Shown: piece by piece, positions 8,721 to 18,162 of the stretch
Numbering within the stretch: position 1 is the stretch's first letter
How the letters are laid out: every line of letters begins with the position of its first letter
Source: Candidatus Limnocylindria bacterium
GTDB taxonomy: Bacteria > Chloroflexota > Limnocylindria > P2-11E
NCBI GenBank assembly: GCA_036564905.1
Contig: DATCOD010000064.1
Coordinates: 1-61,175 of the forward strand
Length of the DNA stretch: 61,175 nucleotides
Reading direction: 5' to 3'
Notes under the pieces: generated by a model
Databases searched by the model: none
The model's input: only the letters and a program-made list of their open reading frames with translations
Told to the model about the DNA's origin: nothing
Translations under genes and position numbers: made by a program

Positions 8721-11700
8721 CCTGGGGGCTCGACGCCCAGAGCACGGGCCCAGGCCTCGAGCCGGCCGACGTACCAGATCGCCCGAACCCGGCGCCAAAA
8801 GTCGGTCGTCGTGCGGAAGACCTCGGCAGCCTCGTCCCTCCGCCCGGCGTCGACGTGCACCTCGATCAGCTCCTGATCCATCAGCAGGCTCGTGACCGGC
8901 TCGGACTGGTCGGCCGTCGTGGCGATCGCTTGCCGCAGCAGCGCCGCCGCCGTGTCGCCATGACCGTCGCGCCGGGAGATCATCGCTTGCGCGAACAGCG
9001 CCGCGCCCGCGCGCAGGCGTGTACCGCTCATCGTGCTGAGCGTCCGCGTCAGACGCTCCTCGGCATCGCGATCGCCGATCGCTCTGGCTGAGCGTGCCGC
9101 TGCCATCGCCGCCTGTGATCCGGGGCCGAAGTCCTCCGTCCCGATGAGCCCGAGAACGGAATCGGCCACCCGTACCACGTCGGCCCATCGTTCGGCGATG
9201 TAGTACGGCGCCGCCGCGCCGCCGACCAGCGACGACCATTGCCAGTCGCCCGCTGCCCGAAGCCGCCGCGTCGCGTTCTCGAGCAGCGCGAAGTGCTGCG
9301 GAAGCGGCCCCTCACGCGCGATCAGGATCATCGCCGCGAGCTGCTCGCGGCTCGCGCTGAAGATGCCATTGTTCCGAGACTCGGCTTCCACGGCCAGGGC
9401 GTGATCCCACTCCCCTTCGAAGTACGCGAACCGCACCTCGCGGCTGAGAAACCCATCCGAACGATGGCCATGCTTCTTCGCGTACGCGACCGATTCGCGA
9501 TGGACCGCCTGCCGCTCCTTGAAATCCGACTCGTTCAAGGCCAGCACAGCCTGCATGTTGTTCAGCGCGCGCTCCGCCTCCATGACCAACCCATGCTCAT
9601 CGGCGAGCGCGAATCCTTTGCGCAGGAGGGCCAACCCCTCCGTCGGCCGGCCCCCATTGCCCATCGCCGACCCGACGGTGTTCGTGGCTTTGATCTCGAT
9701 CTCGTGCGTACCGACCTCACGCGCCATCCGCGCAGCCCGTTCCCCGGCCTCGATCGCCTCGGCGTTGCGCTGGTCGATCATCGCGAGCCGCGCGAGCTCG
9801 GCATAGCAGGCCGCGAGCGGGGCGCTCGGACCAAGCGGCTCCAGAAGGGCGACGCCTTCCTCCACCGCCTCGACCGCATGCCGGGTCTCGCCGAGGTACC
9901 AGCGGCATGCCGCGATCCGGTGGATCGCCTCGCCCGCCGTGAGCGAATCGCGGCGCGCGTCCGCGAGCAAGCGAGCTTCCTCCGCGGCCCGGAGCGCGCG
10001 CGCCGTGTCGGCCACGGTCATCGCCATGTCGGAGAGCCGAAGGAGGAGCGTCGGCAGGGCCGGGTCATCCTCCTGCGCGAGCTCGATCGCGCGCTCGAGA
10101 TGGCGGAGCGCTCCGACCGGTGAGGCCATGCGGAGCGATCGTTCGGCGGCGAGATCGTGGTACTTGTACGCGCGGGGGGCATCCCGGGCCTCGTCGAAGT
10201 GATACGCGAGCTCCTCGGTCCGATCCGAGCCACCGCGCGCGGCGATCTGCTCGATCTCCTCGCCGACCGCACGGTGCAGCATCCGGCGCTCGCGCTGCAG
10301 GAGCTCGGCGAGCACCGCCTCACGGGACAACGCGTGGCGGAACGTATACGACTCGCCGCCGTCTGGATCGGTCTCTTCGCGGACGAGCTGTGCGTCGATG
10401 GCTGCCTTGATCGCGTCGACGAGCGCGCGCTCGTCCATGCCGCTGACGGCACCCAGGACCTCGAAGTCGAAGCGCAGGCCGATCACCGCCGCGACCTGTA
10501 TCGCCTTTCGCGCGCGCGGCTCCAGACCGAGGAGCCGCTGCTGGACCGCATCGCGCACCGACTCCGGGATCGCCAGCTCGGCGACCGATTTCGTGCGGTG
10601 CCAGGCCCCGTCGCGGTACTCGAGCTCCCCTTTCTCGACGAGGGCACGAAGGATCTCCTCGACGAAGAACGGATTGCCCTCGGTGCGATCGAAGAGCGCC
10701 TTCCGGAATTCTTGCGTCGGCGGGCCGGCGAGCCCGAGCGCCGCCTTGATGACGTCACCGACCTCTTCGAGGGTCAGGCGCTTCAGGCGCACGTCGTCCG
10801 CGAGCCGGGCCCGGCTCAGCTCGGCGAGCACGTGGTTCAGCGGGTGCAGCCGGTGCAGCTCGTCGCTGCGGTAGGTGGCGACCACGAGCACCGGGGCATC
10901 GCGCAGCTTGCGGGCGAGGTACGGCACGAGCTCGTTCGTCGCCTCGTCCGCCCAATGGAGGTCCTCGATGAGGACCACGATCGGCCGTTCCCGAGCCGCC
11001 TCGGCGAGCCGGTCGGCGAACGCCAGGTGGACGCGATACCGCTCGGCCTCGATCGTCGGGAGCGCACCCGGGCCGCCGTGCGCCAGCTCATCCGGAAGGG
11101 CGATGTCACCGCGCACGAAGGCGTCGATGAACGGGCCGAAGGGCCGGCGTGCCTCGATCTCCGTGCACTCGCCGGTCAGGACGCGGGCGTTGTGCGCTCG
11201 GGCACGGTCGACGAACTGCCGCATGAGCGCGCTCTTGCCCAGTCCTGCCTCGCCCGAGACCAGCACCGTGCGACCTCGTCCGGCGATCGCTTCCCTGAGT
11301 TGCTCCTCGAGCTCGGCGGCCTCGCGCTCACGTCCGACGACGATCGGGCAGAGGACCTGCTGCGAGCTCGGGCTGGCCGCGGCGATGGCGGTGTCCGGCG
11401 CGGGCGTTGGAGTGCGCTGCGAGGTGGTGCGGGCCGTGCGCCAATCCACGGCGAAAACGCGCGGTGGCGTGTCGAGGCCCTTGAGCGTGAGCCCGGTCCG
11501 CTCCTCCATCGGAAGGGTCAGGCTGCGCGGAAGGAGCGCCCGGACGACCTCGGTCACGAGCAGCTCGCCGGCCTGCGCGGATTGCGCGAGCCGCGCCGCC
11601 ACGATGACCGCGGTGCCGACGAATTGCCCCTCGTGCGGCACCGGCTCGCCGGCGTGGATCCCGATGCCGATCCGCAGCGGCCGGTCCAGCCGCTCCCGCG

Positions 11701-11983
11701 AGTAACGCTCGGCCGCGCGGAGCACCGCGGCGGCGCAGCTGACGGCGGCGCCGGTCGTCGTGAACACCACATAGAAGGAGTCGCCTTCGGTCTTGACCTC
11801 GGCGCCCTCGTGCTTCGCGATCTCGGCACGAACGATCCGGCGGTAGTCGGCGATGAGCGTCGCAGCGGCGGCGTCCCCATGGCTCTCGACGAATCGCGTG
11901 TAGTCGCGCAGGTCCGAGAAGAGGAACGTGCGAGTGGCGAGCACCCGCGAAGTGTGGCACCGGCGCGCCTGCCCGCCTAGCAT
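8717..11983 (-). CDS. Class III nucleotidyl-cyclase homology domain / AAA_16 (STAND-like) ATPase / TPR-like repeat protein, no HTH seen
   Basis: 'FLFSDLRDYT...KTEGDSFYVVF...GTAVIVAARL' (cyclase fold), Walker A 'GEAGLGKS', 'VVLIEDLHWADEAT', then about 600 aa of helical repeats. The start is ambiguous: ATG 11983 or GTG 11944. Confidence 0.8.
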   Translation of the reverse strand: MLGGQARRCHTSRVLATRTFLFSDLRDYTRFVESHGDAAAATLIADYRRIVRAEIAKHEGAEVKTEGDSFYVVFTTTGAAVSCAAAVLRAAERYSRERLDRPLRIGIGIHAGEPVPHEGQFVGTAVIVAARLAQSAQAGELLVTEVVRALLPRSLTLPMEERTGLTLKGLDTPPRVFAVDWRTARTTSQRTPTPAPDTAIAAASPSSQQVLCPIVVGREREAAELEEQLREAIAGRGRTVLVSGEAGLGKSALMRQFVDRARAHNARVLTGECTEIEARRPFGPFIDAFVRGDIALPDELAHGGPGALPTIEAERYRVHLAFADRLAEAARERPIVVLIEDLHWADEATNELVPYLARKLRDAPVLVVATYRSDELHRLHPLNHVLAELSRARLADDVRLKRLTLEEVGDVIKAALGLAGPPTQEFRKALFDRTEGNPFFVEEILRALVEKGELEYRDGAWHRTKSVAELAIPESVRDAVQQRLLGLEPRARKAIQVAAVIGLRFDFEVLGAVSGMDERALVDAIKAAIDAQLVREETDPDGGESYTFRHALSREAVLAELLQRERRMLHRAVGEEIEQIAARGGSDRTEELAYHFDEARDAPRAYKYHDLAAERSLRMASPVGALRHLERAIELAQEDDPALPTLLLRLSDMAMTVADTARALRAAEEARLLADARRDSLTAGEAIHRIAACRWYLGETRHAVEAVEEGVALLEPLGPSAPLAACYAELARLAMIDQRNAEAIEAGERAARMAREVGTHEIEIKATNTVGSAMGNGGRPTEGLALLRKGFALADEHGLVMEAERALNNMQAVLALNESDFKERQAVHRESVAYAKKHGHRSDGFLSREVRFAYFEGEWDHALAVEAESRNNGIFSASREQLAAMILIAREGPLPQHFALLENATRRLRAAGDWQWSSLVGGAAAPYYIAERWADVVRVADSVLGLIGTEDFGPGSQAAMAAARSARAIGDRDAEERLTRTLSTMSGTRLRAGAALFAQAMISRRDGHGDTAAALLRQAIATTADQSEPVTSLLMDQELIEVHVDAGRRDEAAEVFRTTTDFWRRVRAIWYVGRLEAWARALGVEPPG

Positions 11984-11991
11984 CCGGCACG

Positions 11992-12513
11992 ATGAGTGTG
12001 CTGTCGCGCGAGGAGCTTCGGGCCGCGATCGCCGCACAGCCGCCGCTCGTCGAAGGCATCGACCCCGCCACCCAGCTCCAGCCGAACGGCATCGACCTGC
12101 GCGTCGAGCGCATCCAGCGGCTCACCTCGCCGGGGTTGCTCGGCGCCGCGCCGAACCTCCGCGAGCCCGCGGCCCGCGAGGATGTGCTCCCCGACGCCGA
12201 CGGCTGGTGGGACCTGCACCAGGGCAGCTACGTGATCGGCTACATGGAGAAGGTGAATCTTCCGCCTGATCTCATGGCCCTCGCGCGACCCCGCTCGACC
12301 CTCCTGCGCTCCGGCGTCGCGCTCCAGAGCGCGGTCTGGGATGCCGGCTACTCCGGACGGGGCGAAGGGCTCCTCTCGGTGCTCAATCCGCGGGGCTACC
12401 GCCTGCAGCGCGGAGCCGCGGTCCTGCAGCTCGTGTTCCTCCGGCTCTCGACGCCCACGACGGACGGCTACAAGGGCAAGTATCAGAACGAAGGGCAGCC
12501 GGGGCCCCAGTGA
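11992..12513 (+). CDS. dCTP deaminase / dUTPase-fold protein (short housekeeping type)
   Basis: 'LQPNGIDLRV', 'PRSTLLRSGV...SAVWDAGYSGRG', 'YKGKYQNEG' fit the dCTP deaminase/dUTPase family. Confidence 0.75.
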   Translation: MSVLSREELRAAIAAQPPLVEGIDPATQLQPNGIDLRVERIQRLTSPGLLGAAPNLREPAAREDVLPDADGWWDLHQGSYVIGYMEKVNLPPDLMALARPRSTLLRSGVALQSAVWDAGYSGRGEGLLSVLNPRGYRLQRGAAVLQLVFLRLSTPTTDGYKGKYQNEGQPGPQ

Positions 12514-13685
12514 TCCGCACGATCCTGCACGACGCGGCGCTCGCAGACGGCACATCGGATTCGCTGCGTCACGGCGTGAGCGTCGCGATCGCGGGCGGGA
12601 TGATCGAAGCGATCGGCCCGAACGGCGAGATCGACCGGCAGGGCGCGGCGGTCATCGACGCCGGCGGCGCGGTCATCGTGCCGGGCCTGGTCGATTGCCA
12701 CAGCCACCTCACCCTGCAGGGTGGCAGCCACTGGATCGACCGCGGCGGAGATCCGCCGGCCGTCCTGCGGCAGGTCGCGCGCGAGAACGCGAAGCGGCTC
12801 GTGCAGGCGGGCGTGCTCTGGGCCCGCGACGTCGGCGCCCCGAGCGCCAACGGCCGTCCACTGTCGCTGGACGTGCGCGACGAGCTCTCGGGCAAGCGCG
12901 GCAATCCGTACCTGCGCGTCGCCGGCACCTGGATCGGCGCGACCGGCTACCCGGACATGTGGGTCACCGCGGACGACGACGGCCTGAAGGCTGCGGCCCT
13001 CCATCAGCTCGACCTCGGCACCGACTTCGTGAAGATCTACATGGATGCCCCTGGCGGCGTGAAGGACGCGCCGTTCGGCGTGGCGGCCATGACGGCGATG
13101 ACCGAGGCGGTGCACGCGCGCGGCGCACGCGTGGCCTGCCACTCCGGCTATCTCGACGGCGCGCGCGTCGCCGCGGAGGCCGGGGTCGACTCGATCGAGC
13201 ACGGGATGGAGCTCGACGACGACATCGCGCGGACCATGAAGAAGAACAACGTCACGCTCACCTCGACGCTCTCGGTGTTCGCCTCGTGGGAGACGTTCGC
13301 GCACACGACGGCGATCGACCGCTTCACGGCGCCGGAGAGCGCCCGGCGGATCGCGCAGCGGAAGGACGGTGCGTACGCGTCCGTCGCCGCGGCGAAGCGC
13401 GCCGGTGTCCGCATCGCGACCGGCTCCGACTTCGGCGGCGGCTCGGTGCGCGCGGGTCATCTCGCCTGGGAGGTCGAGCTGCTCGTCGCCGCGGGCCTGA
13501 CGCCGCGCGAGGCGCTGGTCGCCGCGACCCGCGCCGGCGGGGAGCTCCTCGGGCACGCCCATGCCGGACGGATCGAGCCGGGGATGCCCGCGGACCTCGT
13601 CCTGGTCCACGGCGATCCGCTGTCCGATGCGCGCGCGCTCTGGCGGATCTGGGCGGTGTTCCAGGGCGGCGAACGCGTCGCCTAG
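12510..13685 (+). CDS. Metal-dependent amidohydrolase family protein (imidazolonepropionase/prolidase-like)
   Basis: GTGA overlap with the upstream stop. 'VIVPGLVDCHSHL' metal motif, 'DFVKIYMD', 'VACHSGY', 'IEHG', 'GSDFG', 'PADLVLVHGDPL'. Confidence 0.8.
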   Translation: MIRTILHDAALADGTSDSLRHGVSVAIAGGMIEAIGPNGEIDRQGAAVIDAGGAVIVPGLVDCHSHLTLQGGSHWIDRGGDPPAVLRQVARENAKRLVQAGVLWARDVGAPSANGRPLSLDVRDELSGKRGNPYLRVAGTWIGATGYPDMWVTADDDGLKAAALHQLDLGTDFVKIYMDAPGGVKDAPFGVAAMTAMTEAVHARGARVACHSGYLDGARVAAEAGVDSIEHGMELDDDIARTMKKNNVTLTSTLSVFASWETFAHTTAIDRFTAPESARRIAQRKDGAYASVAAAKRAGVRIATGSDFGGGSVRAGHLAWEVELLVAAGLTPREALVAATRAGGELLGHAHAGRIEPGMPADLVLVHGDPLSDARALWRIWAVFQGGERVA

Positions 13686-13694
13686 GGATCTGAC

Positions 13695-14420
13695 CTGCGG
13701 ATCGCCTGGTTCGACTGCTCCTCCGGCGCGGCGGGCGACATGCTGCTCGCGGCGCTCATCGATGCCGGCGCGCCGCGCGACCAGCTGCTCGCGGTCCGCG
13801 ACGCGCTCGGCCTCGCCGACGACATCTCGATCGCCTTCGAGGAGGTCCAGGTCGGGCCGACCCGCGCGCTGCGTCTCCGCCTGGCGGTGCGGGCGGACGC
13901 TCCCGAGCGTCAGCTGCCCGCCGCCATCGCGGCGATCGAGCGGAGCGGCCTGCCCCTCGGCGTGCGTGAGGCCTCGACCCGGACGGTCCGCCGGCTTGCC
14001 GACGTCGAGTCGCGCATCCACGGCGTGCCACTCGAGGAGCTCCACCTGCACGAGCTCTCCGCGGCGGACACGCTCCTCGACGTCGTCGGTTTCCACGCGC
14101 TCGCCGCAGGGCTGGGTGTCGATGCCGTCGACTGCTCGCCGCCCAACGTCGGGGGTGGCACCGTGACGTTCTCGCACGGCACGTTCGCGGTGCCGCCGCC
14201 GGCGACGGCGGCGCTCCTGCGCGATGTTCCGGTCGTCTCGGATGTGCCCGCGGCCGGCGAGCTCGTGACCCCGACCGCCGCGGCGATCCTCGTCACGACC
14301 GTCCGGAGGTTCGGCCCGATGCCATCACTGAATGTCGAGCGGAGCGGCGCGGCGGTCGGCACGCGCCGCACCACGGTGCCGCGCATCCTCCGGTGCGTCG
14401 TCGGGACGATCGCGGGCTAG
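13695..14420 (+). CDS. LarC-family (DUF111, nickel insertion) protein, N-terminal domain only; probable non-canonical (CTG) start
   Basis: '(L)[24 protein letters not shown]', '[16 protein letters not shown]', '[11 protein letters not shown]' align with the LarC N-domain. The conserved 'FDCxSGxxGDM' lies upstream of the first ATG (13740). The ORF ends where LarC proteins continue for another 130-150 aa. Confidence 0.6.
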   Translation: MRIAWFDCSSGAAGDMLLAALIDAGAPRDQLLAVRDALGLADDISIAFEEVQVGPTRALRLRLAVRADAPERQLPAAIAAIERSGLPLGVREASTRTVRRLADVESRIHGVPLEELHLHELSAADTLLDVVGFHALAAGLGVDAVDCSPPNVGGGTVTFSHGTFAVPPPATAALLRDVPVVSDVPAAGELVTPTAAAILVTTVRRFGPMPSLNVERSGAAVGTRRTTVPRILRCVVGTIAG

Positions 14421-16066
14421 ACGCTCGGGAGGTCGACGCCTCTCTGTTTTGCGAAGGCGATCGCATCCGGGTAGCCGGCGTCGGCGTGACGCATGACGCC
14501 GGTGCCCGGATCGGCCGTGAGCACGCGATCGAGCTTCTGGCGCCCGAGCGCCGTACCGTCGGCGACCGCGACCATGCCGGCATGGATCGAGTTACCGATG
14601 CCGACGCCCCCGCCGTGATGGACCGAGACCCAGGTCGCACCGGCCGCGGTGTTCACCAACGCGTTGAGGATCGGCCAGTCCGCGATCGCGTCGCTCCCGT
14701 CGCGCATCCCCTCCGTCTCGCGGTTCGGTGAGGCGACCGAGCCCGAGTCGAGGTGATCGCGGCCGATGACGATCGGCGCGCCGAGCTTCCCCGTCCGGAC
14801 CAGGTCGTCGATGCGCGCGCCGAATTCCGCCCGCTCGCCGTATCCGAGCCAGCACACCCGAGCGGGCAGGCCCTGGAACGGCACGCGTTGCTCGGCGAGC
14901 TCGATCCAGCGCCGGAGCGATCGATCCTCCGGGAACAGCTCGAGCACGGCGCGGTCGGTCGCGATGATGTCCTTCGGATCGCCGGACAGGGCCACCCAGC
15001 GGAACGGGCCCCTGCCCCGCTCGAACAGCGGCCGGATGTACGCCGGCACGAAGCCCGGATAGTCGAACGCGCGCGCGAATCCCGCGGTCTGCGCCTCGCC
15101 GCGCAGGTTGTTGCCGTAGTCGAACGCGATCGAGCCGCGGTCCTTGAGCGCGACGATGGCCTCGCACTGCTTGGCGATGGACGCGCGGGACGCCTCGATG
15201 TAGCCGGCCGGATCGTTGATCCGGAGGACCCCGACGTGCGGCACGTCGGGCACGTAGCCGTCGAGCGGATCGTGGGCCGAGGTCTGATCGGTGACGACGT
15301 CCACGCGCACGCCGCGCCGCACGAGCTCGGGCAGGACGGCCGCGGCGTTCGCGATCAGGCCGATCGACCGCGGGGTGCGCGAGCCGAGGTAGCCCTCGGC
15401 ACGCGCCAGCGCGTCGTCGAGGGAATCGGCCAGCTCATCCAGGAAGCCCTGCTTCATCCGGCGCTCCGCGCGCATCGGGTCGACCTCGATCACCAGGGCG
15501 ACACCCCCGTTCATCGTGATCGCGAGCGGCTGCGCGCCGCCCATGCCGCCGAGGCCGGCCGTGACGACGAGCCGGCCATCGAGCGTGCCGTCGAAGTGCG
15601 TGCGCGCGACCGCGGCGAACGTCTCGTAGGTGCCCTGCAGGATCCCCTGGGTCCCGATGTAGATCCAGGATCCCGCGGTCATCTGCCCGTACATCGTGAG
15701 ACCCATCGCCTCGAGCGCGCGGAACTCCTCCCACGTCGCCCACTTGGGCACGAGCATCGCGTTGGAGATGAGGACCCGCGGTGCCCACTCGTGGGTGCGG
15801 AAGACGCCCACCGGCTTGCCGGACTGTACGAGCAGCGTCTCGTCGTCCTTCAGCCGTTGCAGCGTTCCGAGGATCTTTTCGAACGCCGGCCACGAGCGCG
15901 CCGCGCGACCCGTCCCGCCGTAGACGATGAGCTCGTTCGGACGCTCGGCCACGTCCGGGTCGAGGTTGTTCTGGAGCATCCGGAACGCCGCCTCCTGCGG
16001 CCACGCGAGGCAGGAGAGCTTCGTGCCGCGGGGTGACCGGACGGCGCGGCCCGCGACGGCGCTCAC
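14417..16066 (-). CDS. hutU: Urocanate hydratase
   Basis: GTG 16066 gives 549 aa. '[34 protein letters not shown]', '[12 protein letters not shown]', '[18 protein letters not shown]'. Confidence 0.92.
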   Translation of the reverse strand: MSAVAGRAVRSPRGTKLSCLAWPQEAAFRMLQNNLDPDVAERPNELIVYGGTGRAARSWPAFEKILGTLQRLKDDETLLVQSGKPVGVFRTHEWAPRVLISNAMLVPKWATWEEFRALEAMGLTMYGQMTAGSWIYIGTQGILQGTYETFAAVARTHFDGTLDGRLVVTAGLGGMGGAQPLAITMNGGVALVIEVDPMRAERRMKQGFLDELADSLDDALARAEGYLGSRTPRSIGLIANAAAVLPELVRRGVRVDVVTDQTSAHDPLDGYVPDVPHVGVLRINDPAGYIEASRASIAKQCEAIVALKDRGSIAFDYGNNLRGEAQTAGFARAFDYPGFVPAYIRPLFERGRGPFRWVALSGDPKDIIATDRAVLELFPEDRSLRRWIELAEQRVPFQGLPARVCWLGYGERAEFGARIDDLVRTGKLGAPIVIGRDHLDSGSVASPNRETEGMRDGSDAIADWPILNALVNTAAGATWVSVHHGGGVGIGNSIHAGMVAVADGTALGRQKLDRVLTADPGTGVMRHADAGYPDAIAFAKQRGVDLPSV

Positions 16067-16087
16067 GAGCCGGATGCTAGTGCTCCG

Positions 16088-16093
16088 TAGACT
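16088..16093 (+). promoter_or_regulatory. -10-like hexamer TAGACT placed for a leaderless thiolase mRNA
   Basis: TAGACT (TANNNT) occupies -12..-7 relative to the ATG at 16100. The whole divergent spacer is 33 bp and has no SD. Confidence 0.4.
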
Positions 16094-16099
16094 CAGCAC

Positions 16100-17314
16100 A
16101 TGACCGATGCGTTGATCTGCGCCTACGTGCGGACGCCCTTCGGCCGCTACGCCGGCGCGCTCGCCGGCCTGCGGCCCGACGCGATGGCGGCGCACGTCCT
16201 TCGCGCGATCGTGGAGCGCAGCGGGATCGACCCGGGGCAGCTCGACGACGTGATCCTTGGCAATGCGAATGGGGCCGGCGAGGACAATCGCAACGTCGCG
16301 CGCATCGCCACGCTCCTGGCGGGCTTCCCGGTCGACGTGCCCGGGCAGACCGTGAATCGACTCTGCGGCTCCAGCCTGCAGGCGCTCAACAGCGCGGCCG
16401 AAGCCATCTGGAGCGGACAGGGCGACCTGATCATCGCCGGCGGCGTCGAGAGCATGACCCGCGCGCCGATCGTGACCCTCAAGCCCGAGACCGCGTACCC
16501 GCGCGGGGTGCCCGAGTCCGCCGACAGCACGATCGGCTGGCGGTTCACGCACCCGCAGCTCGTCGCCGACGGACACACCGTCACGCTCGGCCAGACGGCG
16601 GAGAACGTGGCCCAGCGCCGGAAGGTCTCGCGCGCCGATCAGGATGGCCTCGCGCTGCTCAGCCAGCAGAAGGCCGAGCGCGCGATGGCCGATGGCGTCC
16701 TCGCGGAGGAGATCGTCCCGACGCCGGTCCCGCAGGCGAAGGGCGATCCGAAGATCGTGAGCGTCGACGAGCATCCCCGGCCCGGCTCGACGCTCGAGGC
16801 GCTCGCGAAGCTGAAGCCCGCGTTCGCCGAACACGGCAGCGTCACCGCGGGCAACAGCTCCGGGATCAACGACGGCGCGTCGGCGCTGCTCGTCGCATCA
16901 GCCGAGCGCGCCCGGTCGCTGGGCCTCGTCCCGATCGCGCGCGTCGTCAGCACCGGGGTCGCGGGCGTGCGTCCGGACGAGATGGGCCTCGGCCCCATTC
17001 CGGCATCGCGCAAAGCGTTGCAGCGAGCGGGGCTCACGATCCGGGACATGGCCGTGGTCGAGCTGAATGAGGCCTTCGCGAGCCAGGTGATCGCGTGCTG
17101 CGTCGAGCTCGAGATCGACTGGCGCGACGAGGGGCGGCTCAACCCGAACGGTGGCGCGATCGCGATCGGCCATCCATTGGGGGCGAGCGGTGCGCGCCTG
17201 GCCGGGACGGCCGCGCTGCAGCTACGCCGGACGAACGCGCGCTACGCGCTCGTGACGATGTGCATCGGCGTGGGGCAGGGGATCACGACGATCTTGGAAC
17301 GCGCCGGGAGCTGA
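16100..17314 (+). CDS. Acetyl-CoA C-acyltransferase / beta-ketoadipyl-CoA-type thiolase
   Basis: '[10 protein letters not shown]', '[12 protein letters not shown]' (active Cys), 'NEAFASQ', '[17 protein letters not shown]', 'MCIGVGQG'. Confidence 0.92.
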   Translation: MTDALICAYVRTPFGRYAGALAGLRPDAMAAHVLRAIVERSGIDPGQLDDVILGNANGAGEDNRNVARIATLLAGFPVDVPGQTVNRLCGSSLQALNSAAEAIWSGQGDLIIAGGVESMTRAPIVTLKPETAYPRGVPESADSTIGWRFTHPQLVADGHTVTLGQTAENVAQRRKVSRADQDGLALLSQQKAERAMADGVLAEEIVPTPVPQAKGDPKIVSVDEHPRPGSTLEALAKLKPAFAEHGSVTAGNSSGINDGASALLVASAERARSLGLVPIARVVSTGVAGVRPDEMGLGPIPASRKALQRAGLTIRDMAVVELNEAFASQVIACCVELEIDWRDEGRLNPNGGAIAIGHPLGASGARLAGTAALQLRRTNARYALVTMCIGVGQGITTILERAGS

Positions 17315-17837
17315 CCGTACGGGCGGCGGTGAGCCGCCGGACGGCGACGATCAGGAGCAGCGCGGCCGTCACCCACGCGAGGGCGATCAGGACGGGCTGC
17401 GCGAAGTCCGTCCCCGCGAGCAGCCCGTGCGCGAACGCCGCGACGAACGCGACATACGACAGCCGGTGGATCGCGAGCCAACCCTGTTGCGTGAGCGACG
17501 ACTTCAGCCACGTCGAGATGAGCACGATGACGACGAGCTGCAGGCTGATCGTGCCGAGGCCGATCGCGAGCGAGCCGTATGAGACGAGGAACGGGACGAG
17601 GAGATCGGCGAATCCGATCTTCGCGTATGGGTCGAGCATCAGCGCGATGACGTGCGCGATCGCGAGCGGGAGCCACAACAGGCTCGTGAGGTCGTGGACC
17701 GCGCGCACCGCCCGGTTGTGCGAGAGCCACGCGAGGGCGCCCGACCGGAGGGCCATGCCCGAGAGCACGGAGAGGATGAGCGCGACCAGAGCCGCCGTGC
17801 CCGTCGATCGGGCGGTGACCCAGATGGCGTCGGTCAC
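17283..17837 (-). CDS. Ferric-reductase-like transmembrane (MsrQ/YedZ-like) protein
   Basis: Six-TM pattern with spaced histidines ('VHDLTSLLWLPLAIAHV', 'IHRLSYVAFVAAFAHG'). The 3' end overlaps the convergent thiolase by 32 nt. Confidence 0.6.
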   Translation of the reverse strand: MTDAIWVTARSTGTAALVALILSVLSGMALRSGALAWLSHNRAVRAVHDLTSLLWLPLAIAHVIALMLDPYAKIGFADLLVPFLVSYGSLAIGLGTISLQLVVIVLISTWLKSSLTQQGWLAIHRLSYVAFVAAFAHGLLAGTDFAQPVLIALAWVTAALLLIVAVRRLTAARTVSSRRVPRSS

Positions 17838-17844
17838 TGGCGGA

Positions 17845-18108
17845 CTAGCTGTGGTGGGTGATCGTGATCGGGCGAGCGGTGCTCACAGCGATGCCGCGGC
17901 TGAGCTGCAGGCGCCCGGTCGTACCGGTGGTCGTCGCGGCCGCCGGCGCAACGGTCGCGGCCGCGACGGGCTGGAGCGGCGCCGCGGTGTTGCGCAGGTG
18001 CCCGCCCGCGAACGCGGTCATGCCGGCGAGGCTGAGTAGCGTGATCCCGGCCGCGGTCGTCCGGAGGACATTCACTGAGGTGATGAGGGGGGAACGCTTC
18101 CGCTGCAT
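17845..18108 (-). CDS. Small secreted/membrane-anchored hypothetical protein
   Basis: 'MQRKRSPLITSVNVLRTTAAGITLLSLAGMTAFAGG' looks like a signal/anchor. It sits between hutH and the ferric-reductase-like gene on the same strand. No family recognised. Confidence 0.35.
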   Translation of the reverse strand: MQRKRSPLITSVNVLRTTAAGITLLSLAGMTAFAGGHLRNTAAPLQPVAAATVAPAAATTTGTTGRLQLSRGIAVSTARPITITHHS

Positions 18109-18162
18109 GCGTCCCAGTGCACCATCCGGGACGCCGCCGAGCATGAGTCCCGGCTAAGAGAT

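Noticed and set aside
8717-11983. Avs/STAND-type antiviral defence protein.
   Set aside because: The ATPase is AAA_16/LAL-like with 'DLHWAD', which is typical of regulators. The N-terminal module is a cyclase-homology domain, not a nuclease, protease, TIR or Sir2 effector. The neighbours are a transporter and a thioesterase rather than defence-island genes.
11992-12513. dCTP deaminase as a nucleotide-depletion anti-phage gene.
   Set aside because: It is only 173 aa with the plain dUTPase fold and no extra kinase-like or sensor domain. It fits a housekeeping dCTP deaminase/dUTPase.
13683-13685. Pyrrolysine-type recoding of the in-frame TAG between the amidohydrolase and LarC-like ORFs.
   Set aside because: TAG is used as an ordinary stop by many well-supported genes here (msrA, DAHP synthase, hutU, the receivers and others). 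No pyl-like genes or PYLIS-like context are visible. Read-through remains only one of several options.
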